64,000 bases of DNA from assembly GCF_006345805.1 (NCBI RefSeq), contig NC_042998.1, forward strand, positions 128,588,001 to 128,652,000, written 5' to 3'. Shown here in pieces: positions 1-11,253 of this stretch. Each line of letters begins with the position of its first letter. Position 1 is the stretch's first letter. Source of the DNA: Octopus sinensis. Lineage: Eukaryota. The notes under the pieces are model-generated. The model saw only the letters and a list, made by a program, of their open reading frames with translations. It was not told the DNA's origin and ran no database searches. The position numbers were made by a program, and so were the translations under genes.

Positions 1-1029
1 ATAAATAAACACTTAGTCTCCTTTGAAGTTATATAGCCTCAAAAATTTTGGGCCTTATCTTAGGGTTACATTGATGCAAATCTAAGGATAATTTTATCCT
101 TTCTTATAGGAAATGGTAACTAGCTAAAATTGCAAGAAATACATAATTATTCTAGAATTGCTTGAAATGGCCGGAAATATCCCAGGAGATATTGTAAGAG
201 TCTGATACACATTCATATATTGATATTAATATCTAATTTGTTGACTAATGCATCCACCTTGTCATTGACAGATCAAAGTTTATGAGGGTTCAAATATTGT
301 ACCAATACTATGGGAGATTGATAACAAAATAAAAAATATTCGATATAGCTACTCATGAAGATTTAGGTGTTCTTAGACAGACTGATGGCTTGAGAGAGAT
401 AAAGACAATATGACAACATATTGAAAATCTACGAACAGATAAAGCTTTACGTTTCTGATCAAGGTACGTAACTCTTGCCTGACTTATTTTACAACTGAGA
501 AATAATTTAATAGAAAGGAGTCTCAAATCAATTTACTCCAAAACTTGTGGACGAAAAAAATCAAAACAAAACCAAAAAACTCATCTACACTATGAGAAAT
601 TAAAATGAAGCACATGTGTATATTAATTTGTGAAGTAAAAATTTTTGCAGCAAAATATCTTTATCCCGCATCACAAAAAGAAATGTCCACCTACTTTCAG
701 ATCAAATCTGTCAAATGAAAGAGACAAATAAAACTAATAGTTAATTTCATGTAAATGTGGAAAATACCACAAATACTCAAATCTATATTTCATTGAAAAA
801 GAATAAAAGAACCATAATACTCGTAGAATAGTTTGCAGAGAGCAAACAAGAGAAACAAATATAATTTTTCGAGCAGAAAATTCTTCTTGAAAGAGATCTG
901 CCCAAAATGTTAGACCTTGCTTCTTCACAAAAAGTTCATTTTTTCCACACGGCAAACTTTTAGTATTCACCGTTTGGTGGCACAAGCCAGCACTACTTTA
1001 CTTAGACTGATTCTACTGTTTTGCAAAAA

Positions 1030-1218
1030 GCACTGGTGCTGGTATTATGTAAAAAGCAATGGTGCTGGTGCCACATAAAAATCACCCAGTACACTCTGCA
1101 AAGTGACTGGTGTTAGGAAGGGCATTCAGCTGCAGAAACCAAACAAATACAGACTATGGAGGCTGGGGAAGTTCCTGTCAAACCACCAAACCCATGACAG
1201 CATGGAAAATGGACGTTA

Positions 1219-1255
<37 letters not shown>
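1030..1255 (+). mobile_element. RTE LINE 3' tail fragment with (GAT)n
   Basis: Matches the 3' end of 16340-18188. Confidence 0.8.
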
Positions 1256-1835
1256 CATATAAAACTACACTGACATAACTATTGATCTGCTTGACATATT
1301 AATAATGCAGTAATTTTACTTCTGAAACATTCTATTCAAATAAACCTCATTAAGTAGTGGAAAGTTTTAATTCATTTCTCTACAAAAGTTTTCACTCCTT
1401 ATTTCTAAGTTTTGAGTGGGGAAAAAATCATATCAGAACATTGCAGGTTCTGGAGAATTTATCACGAAACCAAAAAAATTACAAACGGAAACTGATATCA
1501 TGCAAGTGGCTTAAGATATTTTCTGGGGAAAAGTGAAGTTTTTTTTTGTTTGTTTTATTTTTAAAGCTAGTAATCAAATTTATCACAAATTAGAGCCCAT
1601 TTCTTCTAATCTTACTATATTAGATAAAAAGAAATTAATAGAACTTCCAGTGAAACCATGAATACCTTTTAGGCTTAAGCATGGCTGTATGGTAAGAAGC
1701 TTGCTTCCCAACCACATGGTTTCAGGTTCAAGTCTCATTGCATGGCACCTTGAGAAAGTGTCTTTTACTATAGCTCCAGGCTGACTAAAAATCTTGTGAG
1801 TGGATTTGATAGATGGGAATTGAAAAAACCTGTCA

Positions 1836-1868
<33 letters not shown>

Positions 1869-2920
1869 GTACACACACACACACACACACATACATACAT
1901 ACATACACATGTATGCGTGCATGTTTGTGTTTGTTTGTCTGCCACCACAGCTTGACAATTAGTGTTGGTTTGTTTATGTCTCTGCAACTTATCATTTTGA
2001 CAAATGAGACCAGTAGATTAAATACTAGGATTATAAACAGGTGATGGGATCGATTTGTTCCACTGAATTTTTTAAGGCAATATCTTAGCATGGCCATAGA
2101 CCAATGATTGAAACAAGTGAAAGGTAAATGATAAAAAAAGGAAGGAGAGAGAGAGAGAAGGAAAAAGAGGAAGAGAGTGAATGTGCGTGTATGTGTGTGA
2201 TTAGGTGGATAAGTTTGCTTTATTTGAGGAGAAAAAAAAATCCGAAAATGAATATTTTGTTTCCTTTGGTTTTATCCGGGACTAGATTCAGCATGATGTA
2301 ACAAGTACAGTGACATCAACAGAAAAAAATAAATAAATAAATAAAAAAATAAAAATTTATTTTTAATTTTAAGAAGTTGTAGAAAAGAAATATCTCTACT
2401 TCTGGCCTGATATACCACTGCCAGAGAATAAGCCTATTAAAAACAGTATAGATAAGAAAGCAATTTTTACAAATTCCTGAGAATAATGCAGTTTTAAGCT
2501 ATTCAAAGGAACCAAGATCCTAATTGAAACTAAATGAATCAGATATCTTTAAAAATAAATTTTACATAAAAAGTTACAACTAAAAATATCGAAAATTTAA
2601 CAAGAACTGAAGAAAAGAAATAATTGAAAATGTAAGATAAATGTAACCTTCAGATTAGATAAAGCTATTTAATTTCTAGTGTAAGTAAAACTTAAGTACA
2701 TAAGCAGCTCATCATTTTAGGGATATGTAGGACAACACTGTCCAATATGTCTTGGAAAAAAGGGATCTGGGAGAGATCTGTATGCATTTTCTAATAGATC
2801 AAGTAACCATATAGAGACACCTTAATGGTTGTGAACATTAGCAATAATTGCACCGAAAACTCTTGACTTCCAACTTTACTTACCCTGCTCATTCAAGAAA
2901 TTATGTTTTGGTACACTTAC

Positions 2921-2938
2921 CTGAAAAACTTTAGCCAT
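2921..2938 (-). CDS. Candidate internal alternative first coding exon of the ferlin (MAKVFQ)
   Basis: ATG GCT AAA GTT TTT CAG followed by consensus donor gtaagt. Phase 0, same as the QDFQ junction. Lies in a repeat-free stretch. Could instead be a 30-nt cassette (2950-2921, FIIIMAKVFQ). Confidence 0.35.
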
Positions 2939-3740
2939 TATGATGATGAACTGTAATTAACTAAATTCCATCAAGCTACTACTTTTGTATAAGTATTTTA
3001 GGATAATTATATAACTCTGTAAGACAACATTTTCATATCCCAAGTTCCTTAAAATCAGCTAGTCCATCTACTTCAAAAGGTAAGCATGCATACATGATTA
3101 TGGAAGCAATAATATGGAGAGATTGTTGTCAGTTTGTATCTCAAACATTATTAAAATTCATCTGAAGAGTTTACCCGATGAATAATATAAATTTAAAAAA
3201 TGAAAATAATCAATAAGAAGAGTTGAGGTTCACAGCCTACTGATGATTGATTGGTAGTTTTAGCCATTGAAAAACTCTACAGTAAAGTCTGAAACACTGA
3301 GCTAAAAAATACTTCTACTATCCATAAGTCAATATTCCACTTTGTTATTAGTATTTCTTTCTTTTATTTGACTTTTTCTAAACACACCCATTTTAATATG
3401 TCTAGCAAGCAACACCGAACAAGATGTTACCAATGAGAAAAACCTTATTCAGTCAACAATCTTTAATATTGCTTTAAACAAAGGTATTTGAGGGGGTGGT
3501 TATTGAACTACAATATAAGCACATCATTCTTAATTCTTTTCGAGTTTTCATTTATGAGGGTTACAATGGCACAGAAACATTATAGAATAGGGATAGGTTA
3601 GAGAATTAATGAATGTGTCTTCATCTGTAATTAAAGGAAGTAAGTAATAAAGGATCCTCAAAATGAGCTTTCCTACTGAGGATCTTACTAAAGAATGAAA
3701 TAATTAAATTAGAAGATTGCTAAGCTGTTTCTAATATCAG

Positions 3741-3953
3741 TTTCAAACTTTGGCACAAGGTCAGCAATTTAAGGAGATGGGTTAAGTCAATTACATCGAC
3801 TCCAGTGCTCTACTGGTACTTATTTTATTGACCCCAAAAGGATGAAAGGCAAAGTTGACCTTGGTGGAATTTGAACTCAGAATATAAAGACAGATGAAAT
3901 GCAGCTAAGCATTTTGCCTGGTGTGCTAATGATTCTGCCAGCTTACTGCCTTA
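3741..3953 (-). mobile_element. SINE (third family), left member of an inverted pair
   Basis: Reverse complement of the family at 3980-4190, 15585-15790 and 63270-63400. Probable degraded TSD taagctgtttctaatat (3721) / taaactatttctaatat (3952). Confidence 0.8.
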
Positions 3954-3979
3954 AACTATTTCTAATATTAATGAAGATA

Positions 3980-4190
3980 TAAGCTGGCAGAAACATTAGC
4001 ACACTGGGCGAAATGCTTAGTGGTATTTCGTCTGCCTTTACGTTCTGAGTTCAAATTCCGCCGAGGTCAACTTTGCCTTTCATCTTTTTGGGGTTGATAA
4101 ATTAAGTACCAGTTGCATACTGGGGTCGATCTAATCAATTGGCCCCACTCGCCAAAAATTTCGGGCCTTGTGCATAGAATACAAAAGAAT
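3980..4190 (+). mobile_element. SINE (third family), right member of an inverted pair
   Basis: aagctggcagaaacattagca...gagttcaaattccgccgagg (B-box-like)...aagtaccag. Confidence 0.8.
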
Positions 4191-5463
4191 ATTAATAAAG
4201 ATAGACTATTGATTTCTTTTTAATAGTCCCAAATCAAACATTTTGTCTTGAAGAAGTAATCATTTGAATCAACCCAGTATATCACTGGTACTCATTTTAA
4301 TAATCAGAGGATTAATAGTAAAGTGGATTTCTTATGATTTTAAGAACCCGGTAGGATGAAATGAAATAAAGTAATTACATTTAATCTGTAACTATGTCAG
4401 CCAATGCACTCACCCTATGGCTCAAAATATCTAAAGGGGCTTGTGAATTTTTGTTTTTTTTTAACTTAAAAAAACAAAAATAAGGAAGGAGATTGTCTTT
4501 AACCTAGGAAGGTCAATAGTGGAGTGAATGTGTAAATTTAGTGCAATAATAAACACCTTAAAATTGCAAGATACTGATTCACTCAGCGTGAGTGGAAAGG
4601 TTTTTTACACAGGTTCTTTTAAAACAACAGGATCTTCCAACTATTATTCAGTCAGCTAAGCAGGCTGAAATAAGAGGAATTATGTTTTCACAAAGGTCAA
4701 CATGCATAGGTTCATTGGTCCACAGTGAAGTTAACTCACTGTAACTTCAATCACTAATACAAGGCAAATCTTTCCAAATTTCAACAGCAATCATTGTTAC
4801 TAAGTGGTTGTTTAACTTCAAGCAAGATCTGAATGAACAAAGGCATTTCAAGACATGACCATTCTGTCTACAATTTCTCATAGGTCAAATTATTGGCTTG
4901 TTCAGAGTCAATCTGATGACCAGAGATGTTAATGTAAGTGGTACAGTTCCTTCAAGGTACTGGTCAGTCAAAGGGCCAAACCAGTTATTGTTACTCTCGT
5001 TTCATTTACTTAATGTCCCTTGTGTTTCCCTTCTCTGCTGCTGTCCAATTTTTAAAGATCTTCAAACTTTAACAGTCCAAAAGTATTACATATCAGTTGA
5101 GAGAGACAACAATATTTTGCTATGTTTAACCCTATCGGTACTGAATAACTAAGAGTATACTGTTATTTCCCTGACTACCAAACAGAAGCTGGAGTTTTCA
5201 CTAAAACTCATAAATTCTCATGTAGTCTCACCTGTCCTAAAGATTAGTGGTGACACAACACAGGATCATGTACATATCAGAAATGGCAGGTGAATCTCTC
5301 TCAAATTACAAACAAGCATCATAAACAAGAAAAAGACACATGTGATAATGCAGCCCTGTACATACTCTGGAAAGACAAGCCAGTCTTATCTAGAATGTCT
5401 TTGATCACAGAGAATTTAAAAATAAACATATAAATAGCATATAGTAGTAGTAATAATAATAAC

Positions 5464-5675
5464 CTGGAAATCTTGTTTCTTTGTTGATAGATTTTGCCTT
5501 TTAGATCTCCTCTTTTTTTTCTTGGGTGGTTTGACAACTGTGACATTTCCAGTAACAGGGTCAACAACCTGAACTGGAGCTGCTGGCTCCTCATCATCTT
5601 CATCCTCATCCTCATCATCACCATCAGTTGTAACAACAACACCAGACGCACCTCCACCACCACCACCACCACCAC
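5464..5675 (-). CDS. MYOF: Ferlin exon, C2A-C2B linker: poly-G, acidic tract, ...KPPKKKKRRSKRQNLSTKKQDFQ
   Basis: Acceptor ttttttcaaacag and donor gttatt. 212 nt, phase 1 to 0. Ends in LSxKxQDFQ, the ferlin motif just before C2B. The ORF track shows this region in a different frame. Confidence 0.92.
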
Positions 5676-5905
5676 CTGTTTGAAAAAAAAATTATTATTA
5701 CAATAAATTTTTTTGTTTTTTAAATGAAGGGGGTACTTTTCTCATTAAATTTGAACATCAAAACCAACAACTTCCTTAAATAGGATACATCAAACTATCA
5801 TCCTTTCCACAATATCCTCTGAGAAAGCACTGTTGACTATCCCCAAACATTTTCACTGGTCTACCTTCATCATGAGATTCTTCAACTGGCAAAGGGCACT
5901 TTTTC

Positions 5906-6156
5906 TTGGGTTGGTGCATAATTATTGCGACTTTTTTCAACAAATTTTATTCAACAAAACAATAGCAACATGTAACAAAAACATCTTTAAATGATGGTCA
6001 AACCGTCTGCCAAGCAAATGGGAAGCAGTAATTGAAGTAAATGGTGAATATGCTCAGGAATAATCATTTAAAGATGTTTTTGCTACATGTTGTTATTGTT
6101 TTTGTTGAACAAAATTTGTTGAAAAAAAGCTGCAATAATTATGCACCAATGCAATA
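5906..6156. mobile_element. Mariner-derived palindromic MITE
   Basis: Inverted arms of about 90 bp around a core encoding NRLPSKWEAVIEVNGEYAQE* (mariner C-terminus). Confidence 0.8.
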
Positions 6157-7225
6157 TTATGCAGCATGAATGATATAGAAATATATGCCTATAACATTAC
6201 AATTGCTTCTCCTGAACATATTGCTAAATACTTTTTAATACTCAGCTACTTTCCTAGTTCAGTTGCCTGCAGCTTTGCTCTTCATGTAATTTACTTCATA
6301 CAGCACTCATATAACATAAGACCACTATATCCCCAACTCAGTCCAGTAAGCTAACTGCAATTCAACATTCACATGCAATTAGGAACAGTATCAATATCTT
6401 TATTAACTCCAAACACTAATCAATTCAAAGGTACAGCAACTGCTATATTTTGTCCAAGTCCAACTTTCTCACTAGGATCTACTGACATGTAAAAATTGAT
6501 AGGATTGTTGAGAGAATATGATATGCCCACACTGTCCTCTACACGAGAGTGTACAGATCTGGAACAAGAGATTTTTGAGGTCAAATCTAATTGTTTGATT
6601 ACCTGTCTGTCACAGGTGTGTGCTTGATCAAAGATGACCTGAGAATATAGTACAACAATTAATATATACATCCAATCGACCATTTATAAGTTTGAAAATA
6701 AAGTCTGTTAGCATCATCATCATTGTTGATTTAAAATCTATTTTTCCATGTTTGCATGGGTCATACAGAATTTGCTGAGTCAAATATTCTATAGCTGGAT
6801 GTCCTTGATGTTGACAATCTTTACTTATTTCCAGAGAAGGTCATATTTCCCCATGATTGAACGTGTTTTCAGGGTAGAGTTAAAATGTTCAACACCACTT
6901 GTATGACAGTGACACTCATTCACATCTAGTCAAGACAAGGATGGACACACACACACAAAACTTTTTTTCATTTTCCTATTCACCAAATGCACTCACAAGA
7001 CTTTGGTTGACCTGGGGCAACAGTGGAAGACACTTGCCTAAGGCACTGCATGGTAGGACTGAACCCCAAATCTGTGCTTGAGGAGCAATCTTTTTACTTT
7101 GAGTACTTAACAGATTTTGAGCTGATGGTAGCAAAGTCTTAATGATAATTTGTTTTATTTTTCTATATTGAATAGCTTTTCAAATCTTTATCATGAAAAT
7201 TCAATAGATAATTATCAATGCTTAC

Positions 7226-7280
7226 CTCCCGAAGTAGTAGAAGCTGGTGCTATATAATCCAACTTTAATCTCACAGTACC
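7226..7280 (-). CDS. MYOF: Ferlin exon, last C2A strand: GTVRLKLDYIAPASTTSG(G)
   Basis: Acceptor ttttttattcag and donor gtaagc. 55 nt, phase 0 to 1. Resembles myoferlin ATIDLVIGYDPP. In frame with both neighbours. Confidence 0.9.
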
Positions 7281-7920
7281 CTGAATAAAAAAGTTTACAA
7301 TCGTTTCAATTATTCTGAATATCAAAAGCTTATTCAAATACAAATCCATGATAAGATGATATAAGATAACTTTATGATAAGCTATGTAAACATAGATATT
7401 TAAAATAATTATTCTAATATTTTAACTTTATGAGACTCTGCATTTATTTTCCGCATTGGTTCATATTCTATGCTTTCAAAATATGCTCAAAACTTACAAA
7501 AAGCTCTTGGACCAAAATGCTCATTTTCCATTCTTTTTCTACTCTAGCATTAGATAGATAGGATATAATACACCATATTTGATCCTGTATCATATCTGAG
7601 AAGAGATGTTATACATTACTGGCCACAATATGATTCCTTAGATTGTTGTAACTTTTGAATGATGCCCCCTGCTGAGTAGGCTATCAGGCCCCAAATTTCC
7701 CCTAAATGGAATGGCAGTCCAGTGCAAGGTTACCCATTTAAGGCTGAGTGGAATGGAGCACTGTGAAACGAAGTGTTTTGCTCAAGAATACAATGCACCA
7801 TTTGTTTAGGAATTGAAACCACAACCTTGAGCGCAACATCCTAACCACTAGGCCACATGTCTTTACAGACATATATATTACTAATGTAGTTAAGTGAAGC
7901 TGCTATAATGCTTGTATTCC

Positions 7921-8124
7921 TTTATTACCTCCGCCTTAGCAAAGATGGAGGTATTGTTTTCAGTCGTGTTTGTTTGTTTGTTTGTCTGTGGACGAGATAT
8001 CGCAAAAGCCACTGGATGGAGTTGGATGTAACTTTCAGGGATGTTTGGCCTCATGGCTGGCACAAATTGACTAGATTTTGGGATCAATGCGGTACCAGAC
8101 AAGGATTCTGGATTATTTTTCCTG

Positions 8125-8155
<31 letters not shown>

Positions 8156-8278
8156 AATCTTTGAGAGCAGTCAAGTTTATTTCAGATATTGTCATTTTAA
8201 AATTCATCTCTGGCTAATCGTTGAGAGAACGTTGGTGTTGTCTTGGCGGAGGTTTGTGCTCTCTGAGTGCTCTTGTTT
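7921..8278 (+). mobile_element. Helentron/HINE-like non-autonomous element
   Basis: Subterminal inverted repeats acctccgcc (7927) and ggcggaggt (8245), 5' palindrome acctcc...ggaggt, (GTTT)n seed, small 3' stem-loop. Confidence 0.65.
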
Positions 8279-8282
8279 ATAG

Positions 8283-8752
8283 TTAGTTAGTTAGTTAGTT
8301 AATTTGGCTCAAAAGCAAATAGCAAGGCCATGTAGGGGAACATGAAGTTAAGTACAGGGTGGTGTTCATGTAAAGAGTTCAGGCCACTTGAGGTCAAGGG
8401 AGGCTTTGAACAAAGCGGTCGTTGGCATCTTCCCCATCTCGTCTGGCAGCTTGTTCCATGGATCCGCAACCCGGACGGAAAAAGCTCCTCTCCTTCGATT
8501 GAGATGAAATCGTCGCAGGTAGAGCTTTTCGGAATGACCCCGCAGCCGACGCTCTGGAGCAGGAGTGAAGAACAGCTCTTTCGAGAGGTTACACTTTCCG
8601 CTTATGATGTTGTGGGCGAGAATGAGATCACCACGGCGGCAGCGTTTTTCAAGAGAATAAAGGTCGAGCGTCCTCAGCCTTTCTTCATAGGACAAATTTT
8701 TGAGACCATGAACCATGCGGGTAGCCAGCTTCTGGACTCTTTAGTTTCCAGT
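8283..8752 (-). mobile_element. CR1/Jockey-group LINE 3' fragment
   Basis: ORF LSYEERLRTLDLYSLEKRCRRGDLI...LRGHSEKL...FSVRVADPWNKLP is a typical CR1 ORF2 C-terminus. (TAAC)n tail. Confidence 0.88.
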
Positions 8753-9000
8753 AAGTATAGCTATGAAATTCTTCAAATAAACATAAAATAACTCGTGCTT
8801 TTTACCATTCACAAATGTTTAAAAAGAATTTTGAGGATTTTATTTGGTTAATATATAAACCATATTTTGAAATATTCAAATTAGATTTTAAGTTACTTAG
8901 TGACATTTGGAAAAATTGAAGTGATAAGGACAGAGTAGGAACAAATGGCAGGACTTATATTCATTCGATACATTATTAATTCTATTAAACTGAATGTATG

Positions 9001-9440
9001 TACAGTGTGCGGTGAATATATTGTCGTCTAAATTATGCAGAAATGAAAATAACACTGACACCTCATTTTAACAGATATATTTACCAAAATTACATGAAAA
9101 TAGCTTGAAATGCTAAGATTAAATTTATTTAATAAAATCACCATTGGCTTCAACCATGGCCTTTAGATGACTTCGGAATCTCCTGCAACTCTTCTAGACA
9201 GTCTCCTTGTTTAATTTAGTGAATGCTGCCATAATCCTTGCCTTCTCTTCATCTTTGGTGTTACTAGGAGTTTTGTTGGTCTCTCACCCAACACATAATA
9301 ATCAAGGGGGTTGCAGTCTGGGGAATTAGGTAGCCAGATGTTAGGGTTGATGTCACAGAAAATTGTCTGACAGCCATGGGTTCTCCTGCTTGTGTGGTAT
9401 GGTGCAGAGTCCTGTTGCAGGCAAAAAGATGAACTGCTTG
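9001..9440 (-). mobile_element. Tc1/mariner (maT-like) transposase 3' remnant
   Basis: QQDSAPYHTS and WLPNSPDCNPLDYYV catalytic motifs. TA-CAG terminus at 9001. Confidence 0.8.
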
Positions 9441-9630
9441 GAACTGGCATCCACTGGGATGGTCGGTGGCCCAGGTCAGTAAAGCAGGTGGAGTGTCGCG
9501 GAAAAGCACACACAACCTAATGCTGCACACAAAAAAGCTGTGGATATCAGCACGAGTCCGAAATTCGTTGCTGGATGGAGTGAGGGGAACGAAGCGCAGA
9601 CCCTTACTGAGGAGGGAGCACTCCACCTCA
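9440..9630 (-). mobile_element. Penelope-like retroelement fragment
   Basis: LLSKGLRFVPLTPSSNEFRTRADIHSF...RL resembles the region N-terminal to the Penelope RT. Confidence 0.6.
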
Positions 9631-11153
9631 GAGAGGGGAAGATCTGGGGGAATGATAGCAACAGACTGAAGTGGAGAAGGAGTGAATGGGACAGAAGTAG
9701 GAGAGGTGGGAGTGGGGGTGGAAGGCTAGGAGAGAGGGGATGAGGGGTATGTGGCTTGGTAATTAAGGTGTTGTACTCATCATAAGATTGTGGTTTCTGT
9801 TCTGGGACTGGGCAAAACACTTCATTTCACATTACTCTAGTTCACCCAGCTAGCAAACATGAGTTATATGGTGATGTTGCAACAGTCCTGGCAAGCCAGC
9901 AATGGAAGGTGTACCTGCCTAAAAAGACAAACAGAAAGGAACTTTTGGACTGACGGGCCATAAGCCTACTCTGGTGTTGGGTATTACTCTTTGATTTCCT
10001 CTACATTTTTTTTTTTTGGATAAAGCTTTCATCTCTGCATTAGCCGACTTTTATTGTTATTGTTATAGTACCTATACTCTTGTACTCTTGGTTACACTTG
10101 TTATCAGTAGTATGACTTTTAGCCTAAATGATGTAACCCAAACTTTCAGCTAAGCACAAATATGTAAACATGACCTTTCTATATTATATCTGATGCTTTC
10201 ACCATGTAGTAATCTCTTCTGTATTTGTCAAATAACCTTTTGCCATTTATGTATAGGTTGTTTATACAGAAATTCAAAGGATAATTTCAAAACTTAGTAT
10301 TACCAAATAAGTTAGTGTCAACTCACCACTTAACACCCTGTATATTGTTTTTTTTTTATTTTATGTTTTGGTTTATTTTGGTGGTTGGGGCCAGATTTTA
10401 ATGTCAGCTATTCATAAATTAGTTACTGTATTTGATGGCATCATTTAAGACATGCTGTTTTTTTGGTAACTAATGACTAGAGAAAAATCATCCCAGTTTC
10501 ATTAAGGGACTCCCATTAGCTTTAATATATTAAAAACTTTTCCTGAATATGTACTGCTGAAATTTGGGTGCATTTAAGATGCTCCTGCATCTTTTATGCA
10601 AATAAATACACTAAGTATGAAGCTAAATATTTAAAATGCTGAGAGATATATAATGAAACTAAATTTTTATATTCTTCTGTTTGAAGTATGTTCAGTTTTG
10701 GCCATTGATGTTTGCTGCCCATATTTTACAGTTAAATTTTGTTTGCAAAATACTGCAGAATTATATAAAATCTTAGTTTGAATTCAAAAGTTGGCTTTTG
10801 GGTTTTTTAATTTAGTCATGACTATCTTCCAGGTTTTAAATGACCAAAGACTCTTGTTGTAGCACCTCTTTGAACTTCCTCCACTCATTCTAGCAATGAA
10901 ACTTTTACAACCACCTCTGACTAATTAGGTTACTTATGATAATTTTAGACCATGTCTTCACATGACATTAACTTAATTCTTCATTTTGCAATTAAATGTG
11001 CCAATCATAAGATCTTTTAACCTTGTCTTTATGCTCAAACAAAATCCCATTAGAAACAATTGAATAAAAATAGAGGGAAAATTTTTTAAAAAATGATTAA
11101 CAGTGCTCAAAGATTTAGAGCATCAATTCTAATTGATGTACATATGTACTCAC

Positions 11154-11253
11154 AGTTGTAGGACTATTTTGAGAATCTTTGAGTGTAACATTCAGTTCCT
11201 GAGTCCTGGCATTAATCAAATTTTGCAATGGTACTACAACACTGCCAACAAAC
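11154..11253 (-). CDS. MYOF: Ferlin exon, C2A: (K)FVGSVVVPLQNLINARTQELNVTLKDSQNSPTT
   Basis: Acceptor tttctatttacag and donor gtgagt. 100 nt, phase 2 to 0, in frame with the previous exon. Resembles myoferlin KLIGTATVALKDL...SLLNEKGQDTG. Confidence 0.92.

Noticed and set aside
1583-2097. ORFs rich in CV/TH/YI repeats (also near 27219, 28304, 31339, 43148, 61721)
   Set aside because: Artefacts of (TG)n/(TA)n microsatellites inside SINEs.
5319-5675. 118-aa ORF MVVVVVVEVRL... from the ORF track
   Set aside because: Wrong-frame reading of the ferlin linker exon. The spliced frame gives GGGG...QDFQ.
6420-6683. 87-aa minus-strand ORF between ferlin exons
   Set aside because: The flanking exons already join in frame. 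No recognisable domain and no clear donor/acceptor pair.
8342-8791. 149-aa plus-strand ORF
   Set aside because: Antisense shadow of the CR1 fragment.
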